Positions 28,198 through 38,792 of a stretch of DNA of 64,000 bases are shown one piece after another. Positions within the stretch are counted from its first letter, which is position 1. The number at the start of each line of letters is the position of its first letter. A program made the translations under genes and the position numbers. This DNA is from Alphaproteobacteria bacterium (GTDB taxonomy: Bacteria > Pseudomonadota > Alphaproteobacteria > UBA828). Under the pieces are notes generated by a model. The model saw only the letters and a list, made by a program, of their open reading frames with translations, had not been told where the DNA came from and made no database searches. The DNA lies in NCBI GenBank assembly GCA_965237415.1, contig CBDEFM010000002.1:3136001-3200000 (forward strand), read 5' to 3'.

Positions 28198-29292
28198 CTA
28201 TCCGTCCTCGAGGTGGAACAGGCCGGCGACGCCGAGCAGCGTGAAGATGCCCGCCGGAGTCCATGCCGCGAGCACCGGCGGCAGCTTGCCCGAGAGGCCG
28301 AGGGCAAGCACCAGGTCCGAGACGAAATAGAGGAGAAATCCGGTGAGTAGCCCGCCCAAGACCAACATCCAGGTGCCGCGCCGGGTGAAGCGAAGCGAGA
28401 AGGTCGCTGCGATCAAGACCATCGCGCAGAGGAGGAGAGGGGCGGCAAGCAGCGAATGCCAGTGCAGGCGGTGCTTCACCGAGGAGAAGCCGGAGTCCTC
28501 CAGCACCTTGATGAAGCTGGGCAGTGCCCAGAAGGACAGGGTTTCCGGCGGTGAAAAGCTGTTCTGGATGCGCTCCAGGGTGAGGTCGGTCGGCACGCGG
28601 GCGTTCGCCCGGTGCCGGGCCGGCTCGCCCGGCGCGCTGAAGAGGGCGTCCTTCAGGTTCCAGTAACCGTCCTCGAGCCGGGCCTCGGCGGCGTCGATAC
28701 GGCCGACGAACTGATCCTTCTTCGCGTAAAGGAAGATGATCGTGTCGTAGAGCGTCATAGTTTCCTGATCGATGCGCTCGGCGTGAACCACCGACTGGCC
28801 TTCCGGATCTCCCTGTCTGAGCCAGATTCCCGACTGCGAAAGGGCCAGGAGGCTCGATGTGCCGCGCAGATAGCTCGCGTCCAACTGCTCATAGCGCGAA
28901 GTCGTGGCAGAGGCGAGGGGGTTGACGACTGTCATGAAAAGGCCGCCCAGGAGCGCTGCGATGACGAGTACGGGCAACAGGAACTGCCAGACCGAGACGC
29001 CCGCCGCCCGCGCGATCACGAGCTCGCGGCTCCGCGTCATCTTCGCGAAGGTCACGATGCCGCCGACGAGAACGATGAAGGGCAGTGCCTTTTGGGCCAT
29101 GAAGGGAATGTGGAGCGATGCCATCTGGAGAACGATCTCGAGCGTGGCCGTCTTGTCTGGCCCGGACGCGCGGCGAAGCAGCTCGATCGTATCGGCAATG
29201 AGAATGGTCATAATGACGAGCAGAAACACGAGCGCGACGCTCTGCAGATATTGCCTGCCCATGTAGAGCGAAAGGGTGGACGAGAGGCGCAT
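28198..29292 (-). CDS. lptG: LPS export ABC permease LptG
   Basis: ELVIARAAGVSVWQFLLP, IWLRQG, SFWALP, LAAWTP. Confidence 0.95.
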   Translation of the reverse strand: MRLSSTLSLYMGRQYLQSVALVFLLVIMTILIADTIELLRRASGPDKTATLEIVLQMASLHIPFMAQKALPFIVLVGGIVTFAKMTRSRELVIARAAGVSVWQFLLPVLVIAALLGGLFMTVVNPLASATTSRYEQLDASYLRGTSSLLALSQSGIWLRQGDPEGQSVVHAERIDQETMTLYDTIIFLYAKKDQFVGRIDAAEARLEDGYWNLKDALFSAPGEPARHRANARVPTDLTLERIQNSFSPPETLSFWALPSFIKVLEDSGFSSVKHRLHWHSLLAAPLLLCAMVLIAATFSLRFTRRGTWMLVLGGLLTGFLLYFVSDLVLALGLSGKLPPVLAAWTPAGIFTLLGVAGLFHLEDG

Positions 29293-29304
29293 CGGCCTTG
29301 GCCC

Positions 29305-30429
29305 CTACCCGTGCGTGCCCGGCTCTGGCGCCGCGGCGCGGCCGCCGAGAAAGCGCGGCAAGCGGCCACGCAGCACGGCGATCGCCGCGGCCGTAGCCAG
29401 GACCGGGTTGAGATACATGAGCGGAATGAGGTTACTGCTCTTGGCCGTCGCGTTGACCAGGAAGAGCGCCAAGGCCTCGAACACGACCGCGGCTACGATC
29501 GCGACGAGGATCCTGCGCCATTGTCCGCGCCGGTCGACGTTGCCCAGGAGCAGCGCCGCCAGGCCGATCGCGGCAAACGTATAGGCGAACAGTGGTGAGA
29601 CGATGCGATTGTGCGCTTCGGAGAGGAACTTGCTGCGCATCCGCTCCGCACCCTCGCTGTCGGGGTCGAGCAGCTCGTCGACGAAGCGTTCGCGCGGCTC
29701 GCGCCAGCGGGCGCCCTCGCGTTGGGCAAATTCGCCCAGATCCATCGTGTAGCGCTCGAAATTAAGTAGCGAGAGCCGCGCCGAGTCGCGATCGATCCGT
29801 TGTCGGTGGCCATTGAAAAGGATGAAGCGTGGGCCCTCATCGGTCTGAACCAGCAGGCCGCGCTCGGCCATCATCGTGACCGGCCTTTCCTTCTCTCGGG
29901 CGTCATGCACGAGGATGCCGTTGAGCGAGCCGCCCTCGCGCCCTCGAATGTAGACCGTGACGCCCTCGGTCAACGTGTTGAACGAGCCTTCCTCCAGGAG
30001 AAGCGCTGAATGCTCGCTGCGCAGGACGAACTGCCGCTCCTTAAACTCCCGGTGGCTGACGGGCATGACGTACATGCCTATCGCGTACGAGACGACGACG
30101 ATGATCGTGGCCATCGCCAGCGCCGGCTTCGCCAGCGACCACTGGCTGACGCCCGCCGCGCGCAGGCTGACCAGTTCGCTGTCGATTGTGAGCCTGTTGT
30201 AGACGAAAAGCAGCGCGCAGAAGAAGGCGATCGGCAAAATCGCGCCCAGGAACGTCGGCAGCACCAGCATGCTCATTAGCAGGAAGGCACTGAGCGACAA
30301 GCCCTTGTTGACGATCAAATCGATGATGCGCAGCGATTGCGACAGCCAAACGACCGCCGTGAGGCTCAGCGTGACGAGCAAGAACGGACCCACGAGCTGG
30401 AGCAAGAGGTAACGTTGGTAGCGGGGCAT
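29305..30429 (-). CDS. lptF: LPS export ABC permease LptF
   Basis: VWLSQSLRIIDL, DSELVSLRAAGVS, EGSFN. Confidence 0.95.
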   Translation of the reverse strand: MPRYQRYLLLQLVGPFLLVTLSLTAVVWLSQSLRIIDLIVNKGLSLSAFLLMSMLVLPTFLGAILPIAFFCALLFVYNRLTIDSELVSLRAAGVSQWSLAKPALAMATIIVVVSYAIGMYVMPVSHREFKERQFVLRSEHSALLLEEGSFNTLTEGVTVYIRGREGGSLNGILVHDAREKERPVTMMAERGLLVQTDEGPRFILFNGHRQRIDRDSARLSLLNFERYTMDLGEFAQREGARWREPRERFVDELLDPDSEGAERMRSKFLSEAHNRIVSPLFAYTFAAIGLAALLLGNVDRRGQWRRILVAIVAAVVFEALALFLVNATAKSSNLIPLMYLNPVLATAAAIAVLRGRLPRFLGGRAAAPEPGTHG

Positions 30430-30565
30430 GCCCCATTATAGCGGTTTGAGCAGCGGAGCGGGTGGCGAGGTACCCGCGGCACAGGTGACGCCCGCCTGGC
30501 TGCCGGTCAGCGCGGCCCTCGCGTGCCGAGCCGACCGTTCTGCACCGCCTCTTCGCCGCGTCGGG

Positions 30566-31990
30566 CTAGAGTGGCGGACGATGGCGGCTCCAGTTCGTCG
30601 TTGTCTCGAAGGCCGCCGCCGCGCGGAACACGCGGGCGTCGTCATAGGTGCGGCCGACGATCTGCAGGCCGGTGGGAACGCCATTTCGTGCAAAGCCGGT
30701 CGGCACGCTCGCGACCGGGCATTGGTTCATCATGTTGAACGGATAGGTGAGAAGCCAGCCGAGGTGAGGCTCGACGGGCTTGCCGTTGATGGTGAAGCCG
30801 GGGTCCATGTTGGTGTGGTCCGCCTTGACCGCCGGCACTGCGAGGGTCGGGCAGATCATGACGTCGTAGTCTTCAAGGATGGGCGCGAGCTTCTGGTACA
30901 TCCAGCCGCGCGTGCGGCTGACCCGTTCGAATTCGACGGCGCTGACGCGGCTCCCCCTCTCCACCAGATCGACCACTCTCGGGTCCATCTCGTAACGCCA
31001 TTCGGGGAGGAAGTCCTGAAGGCCGCTGGCGAACAAGACCTCGAACAGCCGCAGATATTGATTGAGCACGCCGGAGGTCCAGCCGAGATCGACCTCGTCG
31101 ACCTCGCAGCCCAAATCGCGGAAGACTTGCACGGCCTTTCTGGTGTTCTCCTGCACTTCCGGGTCGACCTGGACGTAGCCGAGGTCCGGCGAATAGGCGA
31201 TGCGCCAGCCCTCAATACCCTCGTAAGTGAGCGGCAGCCGGATCCGCGTCCTGAGGGAGGCGATATCCGCCTTGTGGGGGCCGGAGACGATGTTCTGCAG
31301 CAGCGCCGACTCCGCCACCGTGCGGGTCAGCACGCCGATCTGGACCAGAAAGGCGTGGGGCGCGTCGATGTCGTTCGGGTTGCGCCCGTAGGGCGGCTTG
31401 AAGCCGAAGAGGCCGTTGACCGAGGCCGGAATGCGGATCGACCCGCCGCCGTCGCCACCGTCCGCGATCGTGGTCATGCCTGCGGCCACCGCGCCGCCGC
31501 TGCCGCCAGACGACCCGCCCGGCGTATACTCGGGGTTCCAGGGGTTGCGGCTCACGCCCCAAAGCGGGCTGTGACTCGTCCCTGCATAGCCGAACTCTGG
31601 CGTCGTTGTGCGAATGTGGAGGATCGCGCCGGCACGCATGAGCCGCTCGGTGACCGGGTAGGTGTGATCGGGGCGGTTGTGCTCCATGATCTTGGAGCCG
31701 ATCGTGGTGATCTCGCCCTTGATTGCGTGATAGTCCTTGCTCGCGAACGGCAGCCCCTCGAGCGCTCGCAGCCGGCCATCCGTCTTGCCGTAGCGCGCCT
31801 CGGCCGCCTTCGCCTGTTCCAGCGCGCGGTCGAAATAGCTGTAGGTCACGAGGTTGAGCGCCGGGTTGACCGCCTCGCAGCGGGCGATCACGGCCTTCAT
31901 CAACTCGACCGGCGACAGCGTCCGCGCCTTGAACGCGGCGAGCGCCTCGATCGCGCTCATGTAGCAAAGATCGAGGTCGCCTGCGCCCAT
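30566..31990 (-). CDS. Amidase-signature family amidase
   Basis: FASKD, PGGSSGGS, DGGGSIRIPAS, PTGLQIVG. Confidence 0.9.
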   Translation of the reverse strand: MGAGDLDLCYMSAIEALAAFKARTLSPVELMKAVIARCEAVNPALNLVTYSYFDRALEQAKAAEARYGKTDGRLRALEGLPFASKDYHAIKGEITTIGSKIMEHNRPDHTYPVTERLMRAGAILHIRTTTPEFGYAGTSHSPLWGVSRNPWNPEYTPGGSSGGSGGAVAAGMTTIADGGDGGGSIRIPASVNGLFGFKPPYGRNPNDIDAPHAFLVQIGVLTRTVAESALLQNIVSGPHKADIASLRTRIRLPLTYEGIEGWRIAYSPDLGYVQVDPEVQENTRKAVQVFRDLGCEVDEVDLGWTSGVLNQYLRLFEVLFASGLQDFLPEWRYEMDPRVVDLVERGSRVSAVEFERVSRTRGWMYQKLAPILEDYDVMICPTLAVPAVKADHTNMDPGFTINGKPVEPHLGWLLTYPFNMMNQCPVASVPTGFARNGVPTGLQIVGRTYDDARVFRAAAAFETTTNWSRHRPPL

Positions 31991-32001
31991 GACGAGAACT
32001 C

Positions 32002-32712
32002 CTATTCGTTGCTGAAGGCCTCGAGGCCGTCGAGATAGGCGAGGACGCGTTCCACCGGCTCGACGTCGCCGAACTTGGCGTCGATGTCGAACAGATTCCA
32101 TTCGACAACGCCCGGCACCCGGTCGCCGACGCCTTCGCGCACGACGATGGGGCGGAAGCCCTCGGCGATCGCGTCTTCGGCGGAGTGGCGCACGCACCCC
32201 GCCATGGTGACGCCCGTGATGATCACCGTGTCGACCCGCTGGGCGCGGAGATAGCCTGCGAGGTACGTGCCGTGAAACGCGCTTGCGCGCTTCTTCACGA
32301 TCACCTGCTCGCCGCGGCCCGGCATCGGCGCGATACGCTCGTCGATCTCCGCTTCCGGCGAGCCTTCGCGCAGCGTCTCGACCGGGATCTTCATGTGCCA
32401 GAGCCCGGTGTCGGAGCGCGGCCCGGTCGGGTCCTGATAGGCCGTCGTCGTGTAGATCACAGGAATATTCTTCTCCCGCGCGGCGGCCAGAAGCTGCTGA
32501 TTCGCGGGGATGATGACGTCCATGTTGTCGCAGGTGAAGTTGTGGCCCGGCTTGGTCCACGCGTTGGCGAGGTCGATGATCAGCAGCGCCGGCCTGGTCC
32601 CGAACCCGATGCGGCGCTGGAATCCTCGCGTCTGGTAAATCTCGGAATCGGCAGCGAAGATCGTCTCCAATGCCCGCCTGACTTCCTCGTCGCGCGAAAG
32701 CTCCGCCGTCAT
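32002..32712 (-). CDS. Isochorismatase-family cysteine hydrolase (NicF/N-carbamoylsarcosine amidase-like)
   Basis: GFGTRPALLIID, KKRASAFHGT, GVTMAGCVR, DIDAKFGDV. Confidence 0.85.
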   Translation of the reverse strand: MTAELSRDEEVRRALETIFAADSEIYQTRGFQRRIGFGTRPALLIIDLANAWTKPGHNFTCDNMDVIIPANQQLLAAAREKNIPVIYTTTAYQDPTGPRSDTGLWHMKIPVETLREGSPEAEIDERIAPMPGRGEQVIVKKRASAFHGTYLAGYLRAQRVDTVIITGVTMAGCVRHSAEDAIAEGFRPIVVREGVGDRVPGVVEWNLFDIDAKFGDVEPVERVLAYLDGLEAFSNE

Positions 32713-32809
32713 CCTAAGTCCTCCCGCCAAGGATCGTTGCCGAGTGTAGCGGGCGGCCCGGCCCACCGCCAGCCGCCTTCCGTGGCTTGAGCAAACGGAA
32801 TCAAGACGG

Positions 32810-32838
32810 TTGACCCTGCCGGTTCGCGGCGCCTAATT
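32810..32838 (+). promoter_or_regulatory. Putative sigma70 promoter of tRNA-Cys
   Basis: TTGACC-N17-CTAATT about 28 nt upstream of the tRNA. Confidence 0.45.
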
Positions 32839-32866
32839 GAGGAGCGGACGCCGATATGCGCCCAGG

Positions 32867-32940
32867 GGCCGGGTGGCAGAGTGGCTATGCAGCGGACTGC
32901 AAATCCGTGTACGCCGGTTCGATTCCGGCCTCGGCCTCCA
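32867..32940 (+). tRNA. tRNA-Cys (GCA)
   Basis: GGCCGGG acceptor pairs with CTCGGCC; anticodon GCA 32899-32901; GGTTCGATTCC T-arm; encoded CCA. Confidence 0.97.
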
Positions 32941-33119
32941 GCTCTTCCCCGATCCAGAGAGCGCTCGCCGTCCGGCGCCGCTCCAGCGTGAGGGCGAATC
33001 ACCACGGCTGACGAGAGCTGAGACGCAACGCGCCTTAGGCAGCCGCTCCCGATTCTGCTGCGATGCGTGTGCGCCTCGTGGTACAACGTGGCTATTCATG
33101 TTCAAAGGGGGCAGCCGGC

Positions 33120-33653
33120 ATGAGGCGGTCGCACATCGGTAAGGGGATGCTTGCCTGCGTCCTCCTCTTGGCTCTGGCGGGGGCCGGCTGTGAGAACTCG
33201 GGACCGGTGACTCCTCCGGAGCATACCAAGGATCCCCGCTGGCGCGGCGCACAGCAGGTGAAAGGCAGCATATTCGGCTCCGGCGGCATCACGCTGTTTG
33301 GCGGCGAGGAAGAGGGGGCCGCAGCCGTCGGCATCGGCGTCAACGCCTTCCTCTGGCGCGCGACCCTCGACACCATCTCGTTCATGCCGCTGCTCTCGGC
33401 CGATCCCTTCGGCGGCGTGATTATTACCGACTGGTACGCGCCGCCCGAGACTCCCGACGAGCGCTTCAAGATGACCGTCTATATCCTGACAAGAACGCTG
33501 CGCTCGGACGGCGTGCAGGTCTCCGTATTTCGCCAGGGACGCGGCGATGACGGCCTGTGGGAGGACCGCGCGACTAACCCCGACACCGCCGTCAGCCTGG
33601 AAGACAAGATTCTCGACCGCGCCAGGCAGATACGCACCGCGTCGCTCCAGTAA
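33120..33653 (+). CDS. DUF3576-family lipoprotein
   Basis: GVNAFLWRATLDTISFMPLLSADPFGGVIITDWY; lipobox GAGC; upstream of leuS. Confidence 0.9.
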   Translation: MRRSHIGKGMLACVLLLALAGAGCENSGPVTPPEHTKDPRWRGAQQVKGSIFGSGGITLFGGEEEGAAAVGIGVNAFLWRATLDTISFMPLLSADPFGGVIITDWYAPPETPDERFKMTVYILTRTLRSDGVQVSVFRQGRGDDGLWEDRATNPDTAVSLEDKILDRARQIRTASLQ

Positions 33654-33768
33654 TAGGGGGTTCAGCGCCCAGCCGCCGTCCGCGCAGTGCGGCTGCGCTG
33701 TCTTGCCTGCCATGCTATAGGGACGCCGCTCTCCGGCACCGGCCGGATTTTGGGAGCGAGCGGGGCCG

Positions 33769-36336
33769 ATGAGTGAGCGTTACGACGCGCAGGCGGTCGA
33801 GGCCAAGTGGCAGGCCGCCTGGGAGGATGCGGGGCTGTTCCGGGCGGGGCGCACTGATGGACGCCCGACTTACTACGTCCTGGAGATGTTCCCGTATCCC
33901 TCGGGCCGCATCCACATGGGCCACGTGCGCAACTACACGATGGGCGACGTCGTCGCGCGCTACAAGCGGGCGAGGGGGTTCGACGTGCTCCATCCCATGG
34001 GCTGGGATGCCTTCGGCCTACCGGCGGAGAACGCGGCGTTCGAGCGCGGCGTCCATCCTGCCGAGTGGACCTACGCGAACATCGCGACGATGCGCGGGCA
34101 ACTGCGGCTGATGGGGCTCTCGATCGATTGGGAGCGCGAGTTCGCCACCTGCCACCCCGGCTATTACGCGCATCAGCAGGCATTGTTCCTCGACTTCTTC
34201 GAGGCCGGATTGGTCGAGCGGAAGGAGGCGTGGGTCAACTGGGATCCCGTCGACCGCACGGTGCTCGCCAACGAGCAGGTCGTGGACGGGCGCGGCTGGC
34301 GCTCAGGTGCGCTGATCGAGAAGCGCAGGCTCGCGCAATGGTTCTTCCGCATCACCCGCTTCGCCGACGAGCTGCTGGAAGCGCTGGAGGAGTTGCCGCG
34401 CTGGCCCGACAAGGTGCGGCTCATGCAACGCAACTGGATCGGGCGCTCCGAGGGCGCGCGGATCCTGTTCCCTATCGAGGGGCGCGACGAGGCGCTGGAG
34501 GTCTTCACCACCCGTCCCGATACGCTGTTCGGTGCATCCTTCTGTGCGCTCTCGCCCAATCACCCGTTGGCGATATCGCTCGCCGAATCCGATTCCGCGC
34601 TCGCGGCGTTCATCGCCGAGTGCAACCTGGCTGGCGTCGGCGAGCGCGACATCGAGGCGGCAGGCAAGCGCGGCTTCGATACGGGAGTCAGGGTCCGGCA
34701 TCCGTTTGCCGCCGGCCGCACGCTGCCGCTCTATGTCGCCAACTTCGTGCTCATGGACTATGGCACCGGCGCGATCTTCGGTTGTCCCGCCCACGACCAG
34801 CGCGATCTCGATTTCGCCCGCGGCCAGGGCCTGCCCGTCATTCCCGTGGTCTGCCCGCCGGGCGCGGATGCGCACGCAGTCGAGATCGGCGATGAGGCCT
34901 ACGTCGGCGACGGCACGGCGATCAATTCCGACTTCCTGAACGGGCTCCCGGTCGCAGAGGCCAAGGTGCGCGCGATCGCTGCGCTTGCCGAGCGCGATGC
35001 CGGCGGCAGCGCCGTCAGCTACCGCCTGCGCGATTGGTTGATTTCGCGGCAGCGCTATTGGGGCTGCCCGATCCCGGTGGTCCATTGCACAGCGTGCGGC
35101 GTGGTGCCCGTACCGCGCGACGCGCTTCCCGTGCGCCTGCCGGAGGACGTGACCTTCGACTCGCCCGGCAACCCCCTCGACCGCCATCCCGACTGGAAGC
35201 ACACCACGTGCCCGCGTTGCGGCGCCACCGCGGTGCGGGACACCGATACGATGGACACGTTCGTCGATTCCTCCTGGTACTTCGCGCGCTTCTGCGCGGC
35301 CCGCGCCGATGAGCCGCTGCCGGCAAGGGAGGTCGCGCCGTGGCTGCCGGTCGATCAGTACATCGGCGGCATCGAGCACGCGGTGCTGCACCTGCTCTAT
35401 TCCCGCTTCTTTACCAAGGCGCTCAAGCTCTGCGGCCACGTCGACATCGAAGAGCCCTTCGCCGGCCTCTTCACCCAGGGCATGGTGTGCCACGAAACCT
35501 ACCGCGACGCCGACGGGCGCTGGTACTACCCCGACGAGGTCGAGACCCGTACCGACGGACTGGTGGCGCGCGAGGATGGGCGCCCGATCGCCATCGGCCG
35601 GTCGGAGGCGATGAGCAAGTCCAAGCGCAACACCGTCGATCCCGAGGCGATAATCGAGGCCTACGGCGCCGACACGGCGCGGCTCTTCATGCTCTCCGAC
35701 AGCCCGCCGGAGCGCGACCTGGAATGGACCGATACCGGCGTCAAGGGTGCGTGGCGCTACGTCGCGGCGCTCTGGCGCCTGGTCCTGTCGCCGCCCGTCG
35801 CGCTCCCGCCCCGCGACGTTGCGGCGCCGGCCCACGACACGCTGGCCACCCCCCTGCGCGGGGTGCGGAGGACCATCCACAAGACCATCGCCGGCGTGAC
35901 CGAGGATTTGGAGCGCTTTCGCTTCAACCGCGCGGTGGCGCGGGTGCGAGAGATGACGAATACGCTCTCGGCCATGGAGGACGTGCCCGGCGCGGGCCAC
36001 GTCATGCGGGAGGGCCTGGAGACGGCCATTCGCCTGTTGGGCCCGGTCGTGCCGCATCTGGCCGAGGAGGCTTGGCGCCGTCTCGGTCATGACAGCTGGC
36101 TGGCCCGCGAGCCGTGGCCGGAGCCGGACCCCGCGCTGCTCGCCGACGACATCGTGGTCATCGCCGTGCAGGTGGACGGCAAGAAACGCGCAACGATCTC
36201 GCTTCCGGCCGATCACGGCAAGGCGGAAGCAGAGAGCGCAGCGATGGCGGACGGCGGGGTGCGCCGGGCGCTTGCAGGCCGGGACGTGCGCAAGGTGATC
36301 GTTGTGCCCGGGCGGATCGTGAATGTCGTCACCTGA
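33769..36336 (+). CDS. leuS: Leucine-tRNA ligase
   Basis: [28 protein letters not shown]. Confidence 0.98.
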   Translation: MSERYDAQAVEAKWQAAWEDAGLFRAGRTDGRPTYYVLEMFPYPSGRIHMGHVRNYTMGDVVARYKRARGFDVLHPMGWDAFGLPAENAAFERGVHPAEWTYANIATMRGQLRLMGLSIDWEREFATCHPGYYAHQQALFLDFFEAGLVERKEAWVNWDPVDRTVLANEQVVDGRGWRSGALIEKRRLAQWFFRITRFADELLEALEELPRWPDKVRLMQRNWIGRSEGARILFPIEGRDEALEVFTTRPDTLFGASFCALSPNHPLAISLAESDSALAAFIAECNLAGVGERDIEAAGKRGFDTGVRVRHPFAAGRTLPLYVANFVLMDYGTGAIFGCPAHDQRDLDFARGQGLPVIPVVCPPGADAHAVEIGDEAYVGDGTAINSDFLNGLPVAEAKVRAIAALAERDAGGSAVSYRLRDWLISRQRYWGCPIPVVHCTACGVVPVPRDALPVRLPEDVTFDSPGNPLDRHPDWKHTTCPRCGATAVRDTDTMDTFVDSSWYFARFCAARADEPLPAREVAPWLPVDQYIGGIEHAVLHLLYSRFFTKALKLCGHVDIEEPFAGLFTQGMVCHETYRDADGRWYYPDEVETRTDGLVAREDGRPIAIGRSEAMSKSKRNTVDPEAIIEAYGADTARLFMLSDSPPERDLEWTDTGVKGAWRYVAALWRLVLSPPVALPPRDVAAPAHDTLATPLRGVRRTIHKTIAGVTEDLERFRFNRAVARVREMTNTLSAMEDVPGAGHVMREGLETAIRLLGPVVPHLAEEAWRRLGHDSWLAREPWPEPDPALLADDIVVIAVQVDGKKRATISLPADHGKAEAESAAMADGGVRRALAGRDVRKVIVVPGRIVNVVT

Positions 36337-36862
36337 TCGGCCGCTCTCACGGCTCACTGCCCGCCTCCGGCGCGGGCCGATCCCCGCCCTCGCTCTCGTT
36401 CTTGCTCTCGTCATTCTCGGTGCCTGCGCTGTCGAGCCGCTCTACGGCACGCGTAGCGGAAAGGCGCGGGGCGGCGGTGTGGCGGCGATCGAGATCGTGC
36501 CGGTCAAGGACCGGGTCGGCCATATCGTCCGCAACCGCTTGATCGACAGCCTCACTCCCAAGGGACAGCCGACGCATCCCGACTACCGCCTGACCCTCTC
36601 GGTGAAGCAGAGCAAGACGCCACTCCTGATCCAGCTCGATGACAACGCGACCCGATTCAATCTGACGCTGCGCGCCGAGTTCTCGCTGGCCGACCGGAAC
36701 GGGGCGGTGGTCTACAGGGATAATGTGAGAGCGACCGGCAGCTTCAACGTCGTCGACTCAGGGTTCGCCACCGTGGCTGCCGAGCGGGACGCTGCGGAAG
36801 AGGCTGCGCGGGTGCTGAGCGAGGACATCCTCACGCTGATTCTCCTCTATCTCCGTCGATGA
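36323..36862 (+). CDS. lptE: LPS assembly lipoprotein LptE
   Basis: Lipobox LGAC..PLYG; between leuS and holA. Confidence 0.85.
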   Translation: MSSPDRPLSRLTARLRRGPIPALALVLALVILGACAVEPLYGTRSGKARGGGVAAIEIVPVKDRVGHIVRNRLIDSLTPKGQPTHPDYRLTLSVKQSKTPLLIQLDDNATRFNLTLRAEFSLADRNGAVVYRDNVRATGSFNVVDSGFATVAAERDAAEEAARVLSEDILTLILLYLRR

Positions 36863-36899
36863 GGCGCCGGCGATCTTCCGATCCGACGGCCGGTAAGCC

Positions 36900-37940
36900 A
36901 TGAAGATCGCGCCGGCGCGGGCCGATCGGTTCTGCGCTGCCCCGGACGCGGGCGTCCGGCTGGTCCTGATCTACGGTTCCAACGAAGGCCTGGTGCGGGC
37001 GCGCGCCGAAGCCTGTGTGCGCGCCGTGGCGGAGGATCCGGACGATCCCTTTCGCGTCACCAGCCTGGATCCGGCGCTGCTCCGCGACGAGCCGGGCAGG
37101 CTCGCCGATGAGGCGGCGGCGCTCTCGCTCACCGGCGGCAGGCGCGCGGTCCGCCTGCGTGGGGTGACCGAGGCGGCGGTTCCGGCGGTCCGTTCTTGCC
37201 TCGCACTGCCCACCGTGGAGAGTTTGGTGGTCGCAGAAGCTGGCCCGCTCACCCCGCGTTCGGGGCTCAGGCGCCTATGCGAGCACGAACAAAGCCTCGC
37301 CGCCATCCCCTGCTACGATGAGAGCACCGAGGGCGCCCGGGCGTTGATCGAGGCTTTCTGCAGGCAGCGAAATTTATCGGTCGCGCCGGAGACCATCGCC
37401 TGGCTTGCCGAGCGCCTGGGCAGCGACCGCCGCCAGATCGAGAGCGAGGTCGAGAAGCTCGCGGTCTATCTCGGCGATTCGGGGCCCGAGGGCGGCGTGC
37501 TCACGATGGAGGTCGCGGAGGCGTGCGTCGGCGATGCGGCCGAGGCGTCCGCCGACGCGGTCGCGCGGCTGGCCGTATCCGGCGACCTTGAAAGGCTCGA
37601 CCGGGCGCTGGCGCGGGCGCTCTATGGTGGCGTTCAACCGATCGCCATGCTTCGCGCTGCTGCCCGGCGCCTCGCCCGCCTCCACCTCGCGACCGGTGCG
37701 CTGGAAGGAGGTGCCAGCCGGGGGGATGCGATGGGCGCCCTCAAGCCGCCCGTCTACCCCAGAGAACGAGCCGCGTTCGCCCAGGAGATGACACGCTGGC
37801 CGAGCGCGCGCGCGGCCCGCGCACTTGGGCTGCTCACCGGCGCGGAGCGCGACTGCAAGGTCTCCGGCGGCGCGCCTGCGGCGATATGCTCGCAGGCGCT
37901 GCTACGCGTCGCGCGGGCGGCCCGTAGGGAGCGCGTCTGA
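36900..37940 (+). CDS. holA: DNA polymerase III delta subunit
   Basis: LIYGSNEGLV, RLADEAAALSL, AIPCY, EVEKL; synteny. Confidence 0.92.
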   Translation: MKIAPARADRFCAAPDAGVRLVLIYGSNEGLVRARAEACVRAVAEDPDDPFRVTSLDPALLRDEPGRLADEAAALSLTGGRRAVRLRGVTEAAVPAVRSCLALPTVESLVVAEAGPLTPRSGLRRLCEHEQSLAAIPCYDESTEGARALIEAFCRQRNLSVAPETIAWLAERLGSDRRQIESEVEKLAVYLGDSGPEGGVLTMEVAEACVGDAAEASADAVARLAVSGDLERLDRALARALYGGVQPIAMLRAAARRLARLHLATGALEGGASRGDAMGALKPPVYPRERAAFAQEMTRWPSARAARALGLLTGAERDCKVSGGAPAAICSQALLRVARAARRERV

Positions 37941-37958
37941 GGGCAGCCTCCGAGCAGC

Positions 37959-38372
37959 TCAGGCCGCGATGCCGGCCAGCGTGCAGATACGCCGCCACTC
38001 GGCGTCGGACACCGGACTCACCGAAAGCCGCGACTGACGTAGAAGCTGCATGTCGCTCAGCGCCGGGTCTTCCTTGATCTGTTTCAGCGTGACCGGCTGC
38101 CCCACCGGGACCACGGCCTTGACGTCGACCATGCCGAAGCGCCCGGACGAGTCGGTCGGGTCCGGGTAATGCTCCTTCACCACCTCGACGACGCCGACGA
38201 TCTCCTTCGCATTGACCGAGTGGTAGAAGAAGCAGCGGTCGCCCTCCTTCATGGCCTTCATGTTGTTATTCGCCTGATGATTGCGCACGCCGTCCCACTC
38301 GGTGACGCTGTCGCGCACCTGATCGTCCCACGACCAAGATCCGGGTTCCGACTTCAAGAGCCAATAGGCCAT
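37959..38372 (-). CDS. EVE-domain protein
   Basis: MAYWLLKSEP, WDGVRNHQA, FFYHS, RQSRLSVSPV. Confidence 0.95.
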   Translation of the reverse strand: MAYWLLKSEPGSWSWDDQVRDSVTEWDGVRNHQANNNMKAMKEGDRCFFYHSVNAKEIVGVVEVVKEHYPDPTDSSGRFGMVDVKAVVPVGQPVTLKQIKEDPALSDMQLLRQSRLSVSPVSDAEWRRICTLAGIAA

Positions 38373-38413
38373 TCCATCCCCTCCAAAGACCGCTTCGCTG
38401 CGCGTCCAGTCTA

Positions 38414-38456
38414 GCCCGGAATTCTCGCCGGGGTCATGGTCTGCGCGGCATCGGGC
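38414..38456 (+). repeat. End remnant of the palindromic repeat
   Basis: TA+GCCCGGAATTCTCGCCGGGGTCATGGTCTGCGCG matches the copy-2 end ACCCGCATTTCTCACCACGATCATGGTCTGCGCG. Confidence 0.7.
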
Positions 38457-38582
38457 CGGCTGGAGGCAGGCCAATGTCTTGATATCGGCGAACGATGCGC
38501 CCACACTATGTCCATTGCCGGGTAACGTGACTGGCCGGGGGCGCCCATGCGCGCGCCGCCGGCCGCGGGTGGGCGCGGGGCA

Positions 38583-38792
38583 ATGTCCTTCTTCGAGATG
38601 GGCGGCTATGCCGCTTATGTGTGGCCGGCCTTCGGCGCCGCGGCCGCAATCATGGTCGCGCTCCTCGTGCTGAGCATCCGCACCATGCGCGCGCGAGAGG
38701 CGGCGCTCAAGACCCTCGAGGCGAGCGCCCGGCGCCGGCGTGCTGCCGAAGGAGACGGTGACCGTGACGGGGAGCAGAACGCCCCGGCATGA
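38583..38792 (+). CDS. ccmD: Heme exporter protein D
   Basis: FFEMGGYAAYVWPAFG, one TM helix, basic tail. Confidence 0.9.
   Translation: MSFFEMGGYAAYVWPAFGAAAAIMVALLVLSIRTMRAREAALKTLEASARRRRAAEGDGDRDGEQNAPA

Noticed and set aside
27801-28307. ORF running through repeat copy 2 as an RPE-like in-frame peptide insertion in LptD
   Set aside because: It is in a different frame from lptD (offset 260 nt) and stops at 27801; copy 1 shifts frame relative to it
32867-33120. tRNA-Cys as an integration site
   Set aside because: No integrase and no duplicated tRNA 3' end seen; core genes follow directly
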